A DNA stretch of 64,000 nt from NCBI GenBank assembly GCA_048128005.1, contig JBEUKZ010000107.1, positions 186,001-250,000 of the forward strand, read 5' to 3'. Source of the stretch: Veleropilina oligotropha (taxonomy: Eukaryota). Of the stretch, positions 51,660-64,000 are shown piece by piece. Made by a program: the position numbers and the translations under genes. Each line of letters begins with the position of its first letter. Position 1 is the stretch's first letter. Under the pieces are notes generated by a model. That model did not search any database. It saw only the letters and a program-made list of their open reading frames with translations, and was not told the origin of the DNA.

Positions 51660-52500
51660 TTGTATCCCCAAATGTTAGATATTTAACATTTCGGGAATAG
51701 TATGGTTTAGTCATCGTTCAGCTGCATCCGCCGCTGTCGCTGCCACAGAGATGTCTTGTGTGCGCTCTACAGGGAAGGATTCTAATCAGATTTGATTCAA
51801 ATTTGGTATGCACGTCAGTTATGATGAGGACACGCCACCTAATGATTTTCGTCGTTTTCGGATCAAAGATGGCCGCCGTGGCCATTTTGTTTGGAGAGAT
51901 TTCCTGTGTGCGCGTAAGACTACAGTGAAAAGTTATTATCCGATTTGATTCATATTTGGTATGCGCGTTCGTTATAATGAATACATGCCACTTACAGATT
52001 TTCGTCGTTTTCCGATACAAGATGGCCGCCATGGTGGCCATTTGGTTTGACGAGATTTCTTGTGCGTGCTCTACTGTGAAAAGTTATTATCTGATTTGAT
52101 TCATATTTGGTATGTGCTTTAGTTGCGATGAGGACATGCCGCCTAAATATTTACGTCGTTTTCGGATCCAAGATGGCCACCTTGGCGGCCATTTTGGTTG
52201 ATTAGATTTCTTGTGCAGTGAAAAGTTATTTTTTTCATATTTGATGCAAATTTGATATGCACGTTAGTTATGATGAGGACACACCACCTAACGACTTCCT
52301 TTTGTTTTCGGATGGCTGTCCCTGCGGCCACTTGATTCAAAGATATTTCTTGTGCGCGATCTACAGTGAATAGTTCTTATCCGATTTGAATCCAATTTGG
52401 TATACATGTTTGGCATGATGTGGACACGGTGCCCATTGATTTCTGTTACCGTGGGAGGGGATACATCCCTTCGACTTGCTGGGTCAAGGATTCGCTAGTT
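51660..52500 (+). mobile_element. HINE/Helentron-type element, same family as 49167
   Basis: Same termini and ~5 internal units. Confidence 0.72.
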
Positions 52501-52688
52501 GTGGAAAGTTTTTGACATTCTGACATTGCAAATGTGCCTTCAGCTAACATACACGCATGAGATAATTCTAGGAATTTGCTAGAAACTGCATGTTTGAAAT
52601 GGTAAATAATTTTTCCTTTTATCAAATAAGACATTGATGACAAAAATATGTGTTGGAGTTTTTCTGATTATCATTGTTTTCGCTTCAG

Positions 52689-52798
52689 GTCCCACAACCA
52701 TCACCCTCCATGGATACGAGTGGCTGGTTTATGCATTTTATAACCGGAACGAGGGGGTACCATACAGTGATCGGAACCGAGTTAGCATTGAATTCAAG
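52689..52798 (+). CDS. Axotactin/neurexin-like exon 4 (start of LamG2)
   Basis: GPTTITLHGYEWLVY...RVSIEFK; phase 1/0. Confidence 0.9.
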
Positions 52799-53289
52799 GT
52801 AGAGTGTCACGCTGCACAGGGATGCGTGAGTAATGGAAATTTAAGCAACATTTTGCTACCAATATCTCATGTTATCTACATTAATCATTTTCTTGGAGAA
52901 AGCAGGCCTGAATTTTAAAAGCTACATATGGTTTACTCAACTGTTCAGTAAGATATCATTGTTCAGAACCAAATAGTTGAGAAGATGTTGTTATTGGTTC
53001 CAAGCGATAATGTGATGATTTACTTACATCACGATCAAGACTGCTAAAAGGGCAGTCGAAACATCGTTCGTTAAAAACATTAGTTCCAAAGTAATATATC
53101 AATTTTACATCAATAGCCCTATCATTCTCATTATAATCACTCTCAACCTTCAGAGTTGTTCCACATTTGTAAGTGTGATCCATAGACGGCTGAATTTATA
53201 TTGCTATCAAGGAAGTATAATAGTACTGTATTACTTTTACATTTTATTTGGCCTTCTGAACCATCTTCCTTCTCCTTCCTGTTTGGCAG

Positions 53290-53447
53290 ACTCAGCGGGG
53301 GTCCGGAGTTTTACTCTACACCGTGGGCCGGAGTCCTGTCCACAACCACATCACCGCTTCCATCCATGGAGGTGTCCTGCATGTGTCCGTTACATTCGAT
53401 CCGGAAGATTTGGAATTCACCATCGGAATGGGATTGGATAATGAAAG
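53290..53447 (+). CDS. Axotactin/neurexin-like exon 5 (LamG2); frame not shown in the ORF track
   Basis: TQRGSGVLLYTVGRSPVHNHITASIHGGVLHVSV...GMGLDNER; phase 0/2. Confidence 0.9.
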
Positions 53448-55690
53448 GTATGCGCAACTTGTTCATGGAGTGGTCAACTTATAATATATGAACTATAATG
53501 AAACTGGTGAAACTGACTGTTTCATTCGTAGCAAAAGGCAATTTTGAAGGATAATGATCAAAGAGATATATCTATATAATTAAAGGCGACCTTGTTATTT
53601 ATGATTTTATTGCCACAGTGATCACATTCGGGTCCAGTATGATTATTCATGAGAATGGTACGACTAAGTTGATGAATGTTTTTCGCTTCCTCCAAATTAA
53701 ATTTGATGGAATTTTGCAACTAAGCTGGTTGTTAATTTTATATATTTAAGGGACTAACATTGTTTCTATATACAAATGGTAATGTATGAAGTAGCCATAA
53801 AACTGACCTTAGCCTAGTTTCGTGTAAATGAGTACAAGTAAGAAAGTACAACAATTAAATGGTCACAGTTTCTTAACGACCCAAACTGTCAACAAAGTTG
53901 ATTTTTACTTTTGTAACATTTAATTGTTTTTATATAAAGTAGATATAAGAATGTAGTAAACTGGTGGCTGTTTATCAAATCACGTTGTGTATCACATACT
54001 TGTGAGAACTCTCTTATATATGTGAATTCGTTAATTTGCTATGCAATATTTTTCGCCTACAGCATGGAGGGGTAAGCCTGTCTATGTGCATGCATTGAGA
54101 GAAAGACCCATTGTTAAGTAGTCGTCATTTGTGCTCTAGACCATCGTGTTACAATGAACATGGGAGACTGGAGCAATTTAATTATGGTTCTTTGAAATAA
54201 ACGTTTAGTCATAACCTCACAGGGTAGAAGGATAACACTCTGTATTGTAGTAGCAATCTTTTCACAGCTATATATCAAAATCTGATGTATTTCATTGGTA
54301 TTTTTGCTTATTGCTTTTAATTTCTAGTTTCATATTTGCTTTGATTTTCCTGGCTGTACTAAGAATCAAAACATATTCAGTTTAACATTTGAACAAGACA
54401 ATCTAAGATTGCGAACCCTCTACCCTCTGATCAAATCGTCCGCGGGCATACAAACAGGCAGACAGACATACATATGGAGAAACCGACAGCAGAAAGATAT
54501 TCAAACCAGCACAATTCCAATACCTTCACCAACCCCTACGTTGGCGAGGAAATCATATGAAGAACTAGCTGGCTTTAATTAGGAAACTTAAACAATTTGG
54601 GTTTAATTCTGTTGAGATTTTCATTTACGTATATATGAAGAACACATTTTTAAATGTGGATCAATACTTAAGTAATGTAAAAATTATTGTTAAGAACATT
54701 CAATTGAAAATCAAACTTTGTCATAGCTTTCTATCATTTTTAGTTCTAGAGAATCATATCAATGAATTAATTAATTATTGTCATAATTAAGTAATATTTT
54801 AAATGCAACTAGTTTTACTTATTTGACTTAAATAATTAAAGGAAATGGGTATCGCAAGGGCACATATTATATCCTTACTTTGATTGATATTGGTTTTCAA
54901 ATAAAAGTTATATTTTTAAAGCTTTATTCCATTAAATATGATGTATAATAACCATATGTGATTGATTTTATGCACTTGGTGAGTTGTTCCATTTCTTTTA
55001 AAATAATGGACTATGTAAAAATATTAGATCAAATGTCATTTAATATAATTTGAAAAAGTGAAAGCATTTATTTTACGGACATTGTGATATTGTTTTGGCA
55101 TGACAAGTTTGTTGTGTTTAGCTAAGCTTTGATTATCAATTTATATATGTGTTCATTGATCGTGGACAAAATAACCCAGAAACATTATTTTGCGACTTAT
55201 TTTATATTTTATGGACTGCATGTTCTGTTATTCTATGTGGTAGGCTTGGTTAATAACTGGCATGAGTTGACTGTAATTTGCATTTTGTTACTGTTGTATT
55301 TAAGTTGGTTGTTACTAGACTATATGTTGTATATATTGATACAGTCATATTTTGCTGGTATGATTTGTATTTCTTCTTCTGCTAGTTTGAGTTGATTGGC
55401 TTTGGGGAAAATAAAGCTATGGTTTCCTTAGATCAATGTTATGATTCCATTTCATCAGCGTACGTGATAATATAATAGTATAGACCGCTCGGTTTACTCT
55501 AATGCTGAAAGGTTAACTTACTAATGCAGCGAATGGAGATGGAAAAGTGAGGTTCTACTACGATTTGACAGAGAGAGGTAATTCAGCTCTTACCAGTCAC
55601 CTTGTCACTGCACAATGTGTCAACACAGTACAACAATTTAATAATCTGTTTGTAGACATTGCCGTTACTTCCCATGCAAGCCCTTATCCT

Positions 55691-55875
55691 GTGCTGGGTG
55701 TATCGTTACAGGTGGCATAACCTGACCATACACCACCAAGGCCGCTTAGTGTGTTCTGGGTGCATCTTTACAGGTGGCATAACCTGACCATACACCACCA
55801 AGGCCGCTTAGTGTGTTCTGGGTGTATCTTTACAGGTGGCATAACCTGACCATACACCACCAAGGCCGCTTAGTG
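55691..55875. repeat. 62-bp tandem triplication spanning the exon 6 acceptor
   Basis: ttacag|gtggcataacctgaccatacaccaccaaggccgcttagtg repeated with AG ending at 55711, 55773, 55835. Confidence 0.95.
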
Positions 55876-55990
55876 GAAGTGCATCTGGATGGTGAGTCGT
55901 ACCGGAAGACCATTAAAGGTGACCAATACCATCTCAGTTTGGACCCGAACATCTACTTTGGCGGAGGGGAAAACTTTGTCATCACCAGAG
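55836..55990 (+). CDS. Axotactin/neurexin-like exon 6 (LamG2)
   Basis: WHNLTIHHQGRLVEVHLDG...LSLDPNIYFGGG; phase 2/1; only the third acceptor keeps the frame. Confidence 0.9.
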
Positions 55991-56789
55991 GTAAGGGATA
56001 ATATGTTTGTGGACTCAGCTGCCAGGTTAAATCCACAATTACTCAATACGTCGATTAATTATAATAAAGATTTAACGTAATCAGTCAAGATGGGTAAGTT
56101 TCACAGAGATTATTGTTTCGACATCTGAGGTTTGTTTCCTTGCTGAATCCAAGCATATCTCTACGTATAAAACAATTTGTCAGGGGAAATTCAACTACAA
56201 TTGATGTAAATGCATACATTACACCTACTGCCTCACTGTGTTTACAAAATCGTAAATGGACTATACCTGAATTTGATTATTGTATCCCACGACAAGAGTT
56301 GGGGATTATTTGTTTTTGTCTCAATTTCACAAAATCCGCTGATATTTCTTGTTAGCATTCTACGGTCAACAGTTACAATCCGATTTACTTCAAATTTAAT
56401 ATGCACGTTAGTTAAGATGAGGGTATGATCCAGAACTATTTTGATCAGTTTTTTTTTCATGATTGCTGACTTGAGTTGTGGGCTTAAAGATACTTCGATT
56501 AATTATTAACATTTTTGTCAATCATCAATCAACATTGGTAGATTTTAAAGAGATTTGTAATAGGATTTTTGAGGTCTGTTTCTATTCCGCATTTTGGGTT
56601 TTGAACAAAATTGTCTTAATCCGATCCCGTATTTTGCAGGGTAATTTGTACTGCAACCGATGGAAATGTATACAGTGCATCTACTACATCACTTATAATG
56701 TCTACGGAATAATAGATAAACTGAATATAGATTGTGTTTATCAAAATTTTATTACTAATGTTGTTTTCATCATGCATTTATTTCTGTAG

Positions 56790-57121
56790 GTTTACAGACG
56801 ACGTATCATTTCATTGGCTGCCTCCGCAATCTCTACTTTAACGATGTGTCCGTATTGTACGAACTGAAGAAGGGTAACGCTATAAGCCAATACCATGGAG
56901 GAATCAATCCTGTATATGTGTGCGAAAGAGTGGAAAACATCCCACTGTCGTTTCCGAAGTCCGCATCGATGATTCTGATGGACAACCTTCCCCAGTCGCT
57001 TTCATTGTCAATTGGATTTAAATTTCGGACTGTCCGATCGAATGCTGTCCTGCTGTACTTCGAACTCAAGAGTCCTGAACAGGACTTGAAAACTGGGGAT
57101 TTCAACTTTGGTTATATGGAG
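56790..57121 (+). CDS. Axotactin/neurexin-like exon 7 (end of LamG2, start of LamG3)
   Basis: FIGCLRNLYFNDVSVLYELKKGN..YHG...PLSFP...FKFRT..SNAVLLY; phase 1/0. Confidence 0.93.
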
Positions 57122-57491
57122 GTTTGTTTTAGCAAACAATATACGATTAAAAATATAAATTTGGCAATAAATTGTGTACCTATTATATTATAGAGGGATA
57201 CATGTGAAGTGGAAAAAATAATAAAAGGTAGCCACTGTGTTTGATATGGGTGAATGATATTTAATGACCATGCCATTAATTTTTCAGTTTTAATCAGGGC
57301 ATTCCGACAATCACTTTTGAATGATGATATTAATTGACACTGTGTGGGTTGGACCAAGCAATCATGAGGAAAAATACTCAAAAATATATTTATTGTTCTC
57401 TAACGATTTGAATCGTGCTGTTGACTGGTATTTGAAAAATAAAACTGACTGCTGCAGAAAACAACTAGATGTATCGCCGTCTGGATCAAAT

Positions 57492-59474
57492 CATGCACCA
57501 TAGTCGGCAACATACACCATAGTCGGCAACATACACCATAGTCAGCAACATACACCATAGTCAGCAACATGCACCATAGTCGGCAACATACACCATAGTC
57601 GGCAACATGCACCATAGTTGGCAACATGCACCATAGTCGGCAACATGCACCATAGTCGGCAACATACACCATAGTCTGCAACATGCACCATAGTCGGCAA
57701 CATACACCATAGTCGGCAACATGCACCATAGTCGGCAACATGCACCATAGTCGGCAACATGCACCACAGTCGGCAACATGCACCATGCAACATGCACCAT
57801 AGTCGGCAACATGCACCATAGTCGGCAACATGCACCACAGTCGGCAACATGCACCATAGTCGGCAACATGCACCATAGTCGGCAACATGCACCACAGTCG
57901 GCAACATGCACCATAGTCGGCAACATGCACCATAGTCGGCAGGATGCACCATAGTCGGCAACATGCACCATAGTCGGCAACATGCACCACAGTCGGCAAC
58001 ATGCACCATAGTAGGCAACATGCACCATAGTCAGCAACATGCACCATAGTCGGCAACATGCACCATAGTCGGCAACATGCACCATAGTCGGCAACATACA
58101 CCATAGTCGGCAACATGCACCATAGTCGGCAACATGCACCATAGTCGGCAACATGCACCATAGTCGGCAACATGCACCATAGTCGGCAGGATGCACCATA
58201 GTCGGCAACATGCACCATAGTCGGCAACATGCACCATAGTCGGCAACATGCACCATAGTCGGCAACATGCACCATAGTAGGCAACATGCACCATAGTCGG
58301 CAACATGCACCACAGTCGGCAACATGCACCATAGTCGGCAACATGCACCATAGTCGGCAACATGCACCATAGTCGGCAACATACACCACAGTCGGCAACA
58401 TGCACCATAGTAGGCAACATGCACCATAGTCGGCAACATGCACCATAGTCGGCAACATACACCATAGTCGGCAACATACACCACAGTCGGCAACATACAC
58501 CATAGTCGGCAACATGCACCACAGTCGGCAACATGCACCATAGTCGGCAACATGCACCATAGTCGGCAACATGCACCATAGTCGGCAGAATGCACCATAG
58601 TCGGCAACATGCACCATAGTCGGCAACATGCACCATAGTCGGCAACATGCACCATAGTCGGCAACATGCACCATAGTCGGCAACATGCACCACAGTCGGC
58701 AACATGCACCATAGTCGGCAACATGCAACATGCACCACAGTCGGCAACATGCACCATAGTCGGCAACATGCACCACAGTCGGCAACATGCACCATAGTCG
58801 GCAACATGCACCATAGTCGGCAACATGCACCATAGTCGGCAACATGCACCATAGTCGGCAACATGCACCACAGTCGGCAACATGCACCATAGTCGGCAAC
58901 ATGCACCATAGTCGGCAACATGCACCACAGTCGGCAACATGCACCATAGTCGGCAACATGCACCATAGTCGGCAACATGCACCACAGTCGGCAACATGCA
59001 CCATAGTCGGCAACATGCACCATAGTCGGCAACATGCACCATAGTCGGCAACATGCACCATAGTCGGCAACATGCACCATAGTCTGCAACATTCACCATA
59101 GTCGGCAACATGCACCATAGTCGGCAACATGCACCATAGTCGGCAACATGCACCATAGTCGGCAACATGCACCATAGTCTGCAACATGCACCATAGTCGG
59201 CAACATGCACCATAGTCGGCAACATCCACCATAGTCGGCAACATGCACCACAGTCGGCAACATGCACCACAGTCGGCAACATGCACCACAGTCGGCAACA
59301 TGCACCACAGTCGGCAACATGCACCACAGTCGGCAACATGCACCACAGTCGGCAACATGCACCATAGTCGGCAACATGCACCATAGTCGGCAACATGCAC
59401 CATAGTCGGCAACATGCACCATAGTCGGCAACATACACCAGTCGGCAACATACACCATAGTCGGCAACATGCAC
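57492..59474. repeat. 19-bp minisatellite, ~100 copies (catgcaccatagtcggcaa)
   Basis: Directly visible tandem array. Confidence 0.97.
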
Positions 59475-59574
59475 AAAAATGTACAGGTAATAGTTTTGCG
59501 GTTATCTGGATGACTTTAGAAACAATGACACAAAGTTACCTTAGTCGCTGTTATAACTTGGTTTCTTCTCTTAG

Positions 59575-59711
59575 GTGTTGTTGATCGACGGCCAGCCCTG
59601 CCTCCAGCTCACACCGTCCGACCGTAACTCTACCTACGTCAAGAAGAAAACCATACCCAACATGGTCAGTGACTCTGGCTGGCACTCACTCCACCTGGAC
59701 TTCACTGGACG
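59575..59711 (+). CDS. Axotactin/neurexin-like exon 8 (LamG3); not in the ORF track
   Basis: Acceptor ctcttag; VLLIDGQPCLQL...VSDSGWHSLHLDFTGR; donor gtaagt; phase 0/2. Confidence 0.9.
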
Positions 59712-59795
59712 GTAAGTTTGTTATAGTATGATAAAAGGCGACCAATTTTGCTATCAAGACATGACCAAGAGTTTCAGAAAAGGCCGCACTGGTAG

Positions 59796-61305
59796 TCGAG
59801 TGAATAAGAGACGGCATCTCGAGTGAATAAGAGACGGCATCTCGAGGGAATAAGAGACGGCATCTCGAGGGAATAAGAGACGGCATCTAGAGTCAATGAG
59901 AGACGGCATCTCGAGTGAATAAGAGACGGCATCTCGAGTGAATAAGAGACAGCATCTCGAGTGAATAAGAGATGGCATCTCGAGTGAATAAGAGATGGCA
60001 TATCGAGTGAATAAGAGACGGCATCTCGAGTGAATAAGAGATGGCATCTCGAGTGAATAAGAGACGGCATCTCGAGTGAATAAGAGACAGCATCTCGAGT
60101 GAATAAGAAATGACATCTCAATTGAATAAGAGACGGCGTCTCGAGTGAATAAGAGACGGCATCTCGAGGGAATAAGAGACGGCATCTCGAGTGAATAAGA
60201 GATGGCATATCGAGTGAATAAGAGACGGCATCTCGAGTGAATAAGAGATGGCATCTCGAGTGAATAAGAGACGGCATCTCGAGTGAATAAGAGATGGCAT
60301 CTCAAGTGAATAAGAGATGGCATCTCGAGTCAATAAGAGACAGCATCTCGAGTCAATGAGAGACGGCGTCTCGAGTGAATAAGAGACAGCATCTCGAGTG
60401 AATAAGAGATGGCATCTCGAGTGAATAAGAGACGGCATCTCGAGTCAATAAGAGACGGCATCTCGAGTGAATAAGAGACGGCATCTCGAGGGAATAAGAG
60501 ACGGCATCTCGAGTGAATAAGAGACTGCATCTCGAGGGAATAAGAGACGGCATCTCGAGTCAATGAGAGACGGCATCTCGAGTGAATAAGAGACAGCATC
60601 TCGAGGGAATAAGAGACGGCATCTCGAGTCAATGAGAGACGGCATCTCGAGTGAATAAGAGATGGCATCTCGAGTGAATAAGAGACGGCATCTCGAGTGA
60701 ATAAGAGACGGCATCTCGAGTGAATAAGAGACGGCATCTCGAGTGAATAAGAGACGGCATCTCGAGTGAATAAGAGACGCCATCTCGAGTCAATAAGAGA
60801 CAGCATCTCGAGGGAATAAGAGACGGCATCTCGAGTCAATGAGAGACGGCGTCTCGAGTGAATAAGAGACGGCATCTCGAGTGAATAAGAGACGGCATCT
60901 CGAGTGAATAAGAGACGGCATCTCGAGTGAATAAGAGACTGCATCTCGAGTGAATAAGAGACGGTATCTCGAGTGAATAAGAGAGGGCATCTCGAGGGAA
61001 TAAGAGACGCCATCTCGTGTGAATAAGAGACGGCATCTTGAGTGAATAAGAGACGGCATCGCGAGTGAATAAGAGACGGCATCTCAAGTCAATAAGAGAC
61101 GGCATCGCGAGTGAATAAAAGACGGCATCTTGAGTGAATAAGAGATGGCATCTCGAGTCAATAAGAGACTGCATCTTGAGTGAATAAGAGACGCCATCTT
61201 GAGTGAATAAGAGACGGCATCTCGAGTCAATAACAGACCGCATCGCGAGTGAATAAGAGACGGCATCTCGAGTCAATAACAGACGGCATCGCGAGTGAAT
61301 AAGAG
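59796..61305. repeat. 23-bp minisatellite, ~65 copies (tcgagtgaataagagacggcatc)
   Basis: Directly visible tandem array. Confidence 0.97.
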
Positions 61306-61773
61306 ATTGGCCTCAATTCACTCGCTTGACTGCTCTGTCTAACATGAGTGGGTTTGAATCCATGGCGGGAATTTTATTGTTTAGTTTATGGTCACAGTTG
61401 TCCATAACTGGTCAGTGATCGTGCGTTTTCCCGGACAGTTGTCCATAACTGGTCAGTGATCGTGCGTTTTCCCGGACAGTTGTCCATAACTGGTCAATGA
61501 TCATGCGTTTTCCCGGACAGTCAGGACAACCTTCGATAATTTTGACATATCCTGATATGACATTGAAGGTTATTAAATAACGGGCCATTAACATTTCCCG
61601 CTGTGTATGCTGTAATTCAATGAGAATTAGGCAGCATTTACTGCCTCCAGAGGCGAAAGAGCTAAGCATTGATCCAAACCCAATGTATGATACTACTGTT
61701 TGTATATATAAGCTAGTAATGTTAATTAACTTCATAATCCTTTGACTACATTATTTAATTTAAATTCTTGCAG

Positions 61774-61883
61774 ACTTGCTAAGCTGAAGGTTGATGGTGT
61801 TTCCGTGGAAACAGAGCCCTACACCAATCCCCTGTATCACCGCAGTGTCGTCGTGATCGGACATAACTTACGGGGACGTCGAG
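61774..61883 (+). CDS. Axotactin/neurexin-like exon 9 (LamG3)
   Basis: LAKLKVDG...VVVIG; phase 2/1; donor gtgagt. Confidence 0.88.
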
Positions 61884-62334
61884 GTGAGTGTCTGACACGG
61901 AGAGGGTTGGAACAGTTGATACCTCTTTCCATTTATTTCATGATTTTGACATTGACGCCATGATAACGAATGAAGATTACTGCTCGATTGAAATTACAAT
62001 GTTTCTTTCCATCAAGCAGACAATGCTCTGGGTTTTCGTCCGACGATAGTTGACGTGAACATGTTTCAAATTGACAATATGATCAGAGTTGTTACAATGA
62101 GACAATAAACACCAAAACACAGATATTGTTTATTAAAGTCGAAAATTCATTAGATATCCCAACAAAATCCCCTCACCTTGGATGGTAACAGTCTAGTAAT
62201 CATCAGTGTATGCTGCAATTTATAGACTCAAATCTGTAACCGTGCTATCACGCAAAACATCCTTTCAATCTTGTGTAACATCATTTAGTCTTTGTGTTTT
62301 ATCTCTGTTATTTAAGTACATTCTATATTGACAG

Positions 62335-62565
62335 ATGGTTATGTGGGCTGCATCAGTAACCTGGTGCTGCAGTCAAACATGATCGACCCCATCGATCTCA
62401 TGCACACCCGCTCGCCCATCGGTGTCAGGCTGGACGGCTGTAACCTTGTTGATCGTTGCCAGGGCAACGCCATGTGCGAGCATGGCGGGAAGTGTATGTC
62501 CGACTGGGAGGGCGTGGCGTGTGACTGCTCCAATACTGCATACGAAGGACAGGTCTGCCACTTTG
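62335..62565 (+). CDS. Axotactin/neurexin-like exon 10 (end of LamG3 + EGF2)
   Basis: GYVGCISNL...GCNLVDRCQGNAMCEHGGKCMSDWEGVACDCSNTAYEGQVCH; phase 1/1. Confidence 0.93.
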
Positions 62566-62784
62566 GTGAGTTTAAATAGTTTATTTTCAAAAGTTGTACA
62601 AACTTTTTGTGGAATGACCCGTTCATAACAACCTTCAAGTTGATGTCTGGACGTTTCCATGTTGTCACCCGAGGAAAGTCTAGTAAACCGGGTAAAAACG
62701 TCTTCACCGGTCAGCTCTGGTCAACTGCGACCGAACAACAGAACAAAGAATGCCCCACCGATGATTTGAACCTGCTCCTGTTAG

Positions 62785-63309
62785 ATAGAGCAGTCCGTCA
62801 TGCAAATAGAGCAGTCCGTCATGCAAATAGAGCAGTCCGTCATGCAAATAGAGCAGTCCGTCATGCAAATAGAGCAGTCCGTCATGCAAATAGAGCAGTC
62901 CGTCATGCAAATAGAGCAGTCCGTCATGCAAATAGAGCAGTCTGTCATGCAAATAGAGCAGTCTGTCATGCAAATAGAGCAGTCCGTCATGCAAATAGAG
63001 CAGTCCGTCATGCAAATAGAGCAGTCCGTCATGCAAATAGAGCAGTCTGTCATGCAAATAGAGCAGTCCGTCATGCAAATAGAGCAGTTCGTCATGCAAA
63101 TAGAGCAGTCCGTCATGCAAATAGAGCAGTCCGTCATGCAAATAGAGCAGTCCGTCATGCAAATAGAGCAGTCCGTCATGCAAATAGAGCAGTCCGTCAT
63201 GCAAATAGAGCAGTCCGTCATGCAAATAGAGCAGTCCGTCATGCAAATAGAGCAGTCTGTCATGCAAATAGAGCAGTCCGTCATGCAAATAGAGCAGTCC
63301 GTCATGCAA
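62785..63309. repeat. 21-bp minisatellite, ~25 copies (atagagcagtccgtcatgcaa)
   Basis: Directly visible tandem array. Confidence 0.97.
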
Positions 63310-64000
63310 GTGAATTGAGAGCCCAGTATGTTATCCGTTTGACTACCAGTGCGATCTGTTGTACAAGGGAGGATAAAGTAAATGACAATAAGATAATTGG
63401 CAGCAAGGGTATTAATTTCATTAGACTGCTATATGCACCTGCCAAAAGCAAACCAACAATGGTTGCACTGTGGTATCGGGTGCATCACTTTCTGCACGAG
63501 TATGAGAAAATCTGCCGTGCGTTCAAGATCGACTCGTCAAGAAAACGTTTTTCAAATGCACTTTGCACGCTTTATGAATGCTCTTTGGCGTCGAAAACCT
63601 TTTCCAAAATTGTCGACTTTATCGACTTGATTTATTGATCAACGAATGTGCTAATGATAACGCCTTTACGCCTGCCAATCCATCAATTATCTCAGTAGGG
63701 AACTTCCATGCTATTGGAGCTGGCCCGTGTTTATCACTACTGAACACACCAATTCTTGTTGAAGGATATATATTGACTCTTTCGTCCCGTATTACCGAAA
63801 TTTTGATTAAATAAATAAAATTATAATAGAACTTCAAAATGACAACATCGACAATTCTTGTAAAATTCGATTGTTAATACAACTATCAACTATAAATAAC
63901 AACGTCATTCGATATAAAATTGTTTCCTTTCGTGTCACCAACTGGTGCTTGACTTATCGGTCATTATCATTGTTTACATAAGAAAATTAATATTTGCATA

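Larger units (their letters stand above)
15134..62565 (+). other. Neurexin-superfamily laminin G/EGF gene, most like axotactin; 10 coding exons in window, 3' end beyond window
   Basis: Exons join with GT-AG and phases 1,1,1,0,2,1,0,2,1,1 into 674 uninterrupted codons: signal peptide, LamG, EGF, LamG, LamG, EGF. Axotactin versus other neurexin/Caspr subfamilies is from recalled similarity and needs a phylogeny. Confidence 0.85.

Noticed and set aside
57400..61276. Cys-rich 683/637-aa ORFs and MPSLIHSR-repeat ORFs
   Set aside because: Artefacts of the 19-bp and 23-bp minisatellites in introns of the + strand gene
62607..63638. 343-aa ORF with RHANRAV repeats
   Set aside because: Runs through a SINE fragment and a 21-bp array; unique C-terminal part has no motif I recognise and does not fit as the next LamG exon

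Overview
AT-rich, repeat-dense animal genomic DNA; the repeat inventory suggests a marine lophotrochozoan, probably a mollusc (inference). The backbone is the 5' part of a + strand neurexin-superfamily gene, most like axotactin (signal peptide-LamG-EGF-LamG-LamG-EGF...). I assembled 10 coding exons by hand (15134..62565, 674 codons); all introns are GT-AG with matching phases, the first intron is 31.3 kb, and the gene continues past the window end. Intron 1 holds an apparently intact Ginger2/TDD-type DNA transposon (16096..21128): 164-bp TIRs each containing a 100-bp palindrome, a TATA TSD, and a 4-exon 626-aa HHCC-DDE integrase with a C-terminal CXC domain, inserted in a 25-bp minisatellite. 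Upstream is a TSD-flanked, non-coding Penelope-like/retrozyme-like element carrying two minimal hammerhead ribozyme motifs on opposite strands (7841..8951). A 62-bp triplication across the exon 6 splice acceptor creates two out-of-frame decoy acceptors. The rest is MITEs (hAT, Harbinger, Tc1/pogo), a deleted piggyBac, Helitron/Helentron-type non-autonomous elements, tRNA-derived SINEs, CR1 and L2-like LINE fragments in nested stacks, palindrome-ended elements and large minisatellites. Most long ORFs in the supplied track are tandem-repeat artefacts. All family names come from motif and structure recognition, not from database searches.
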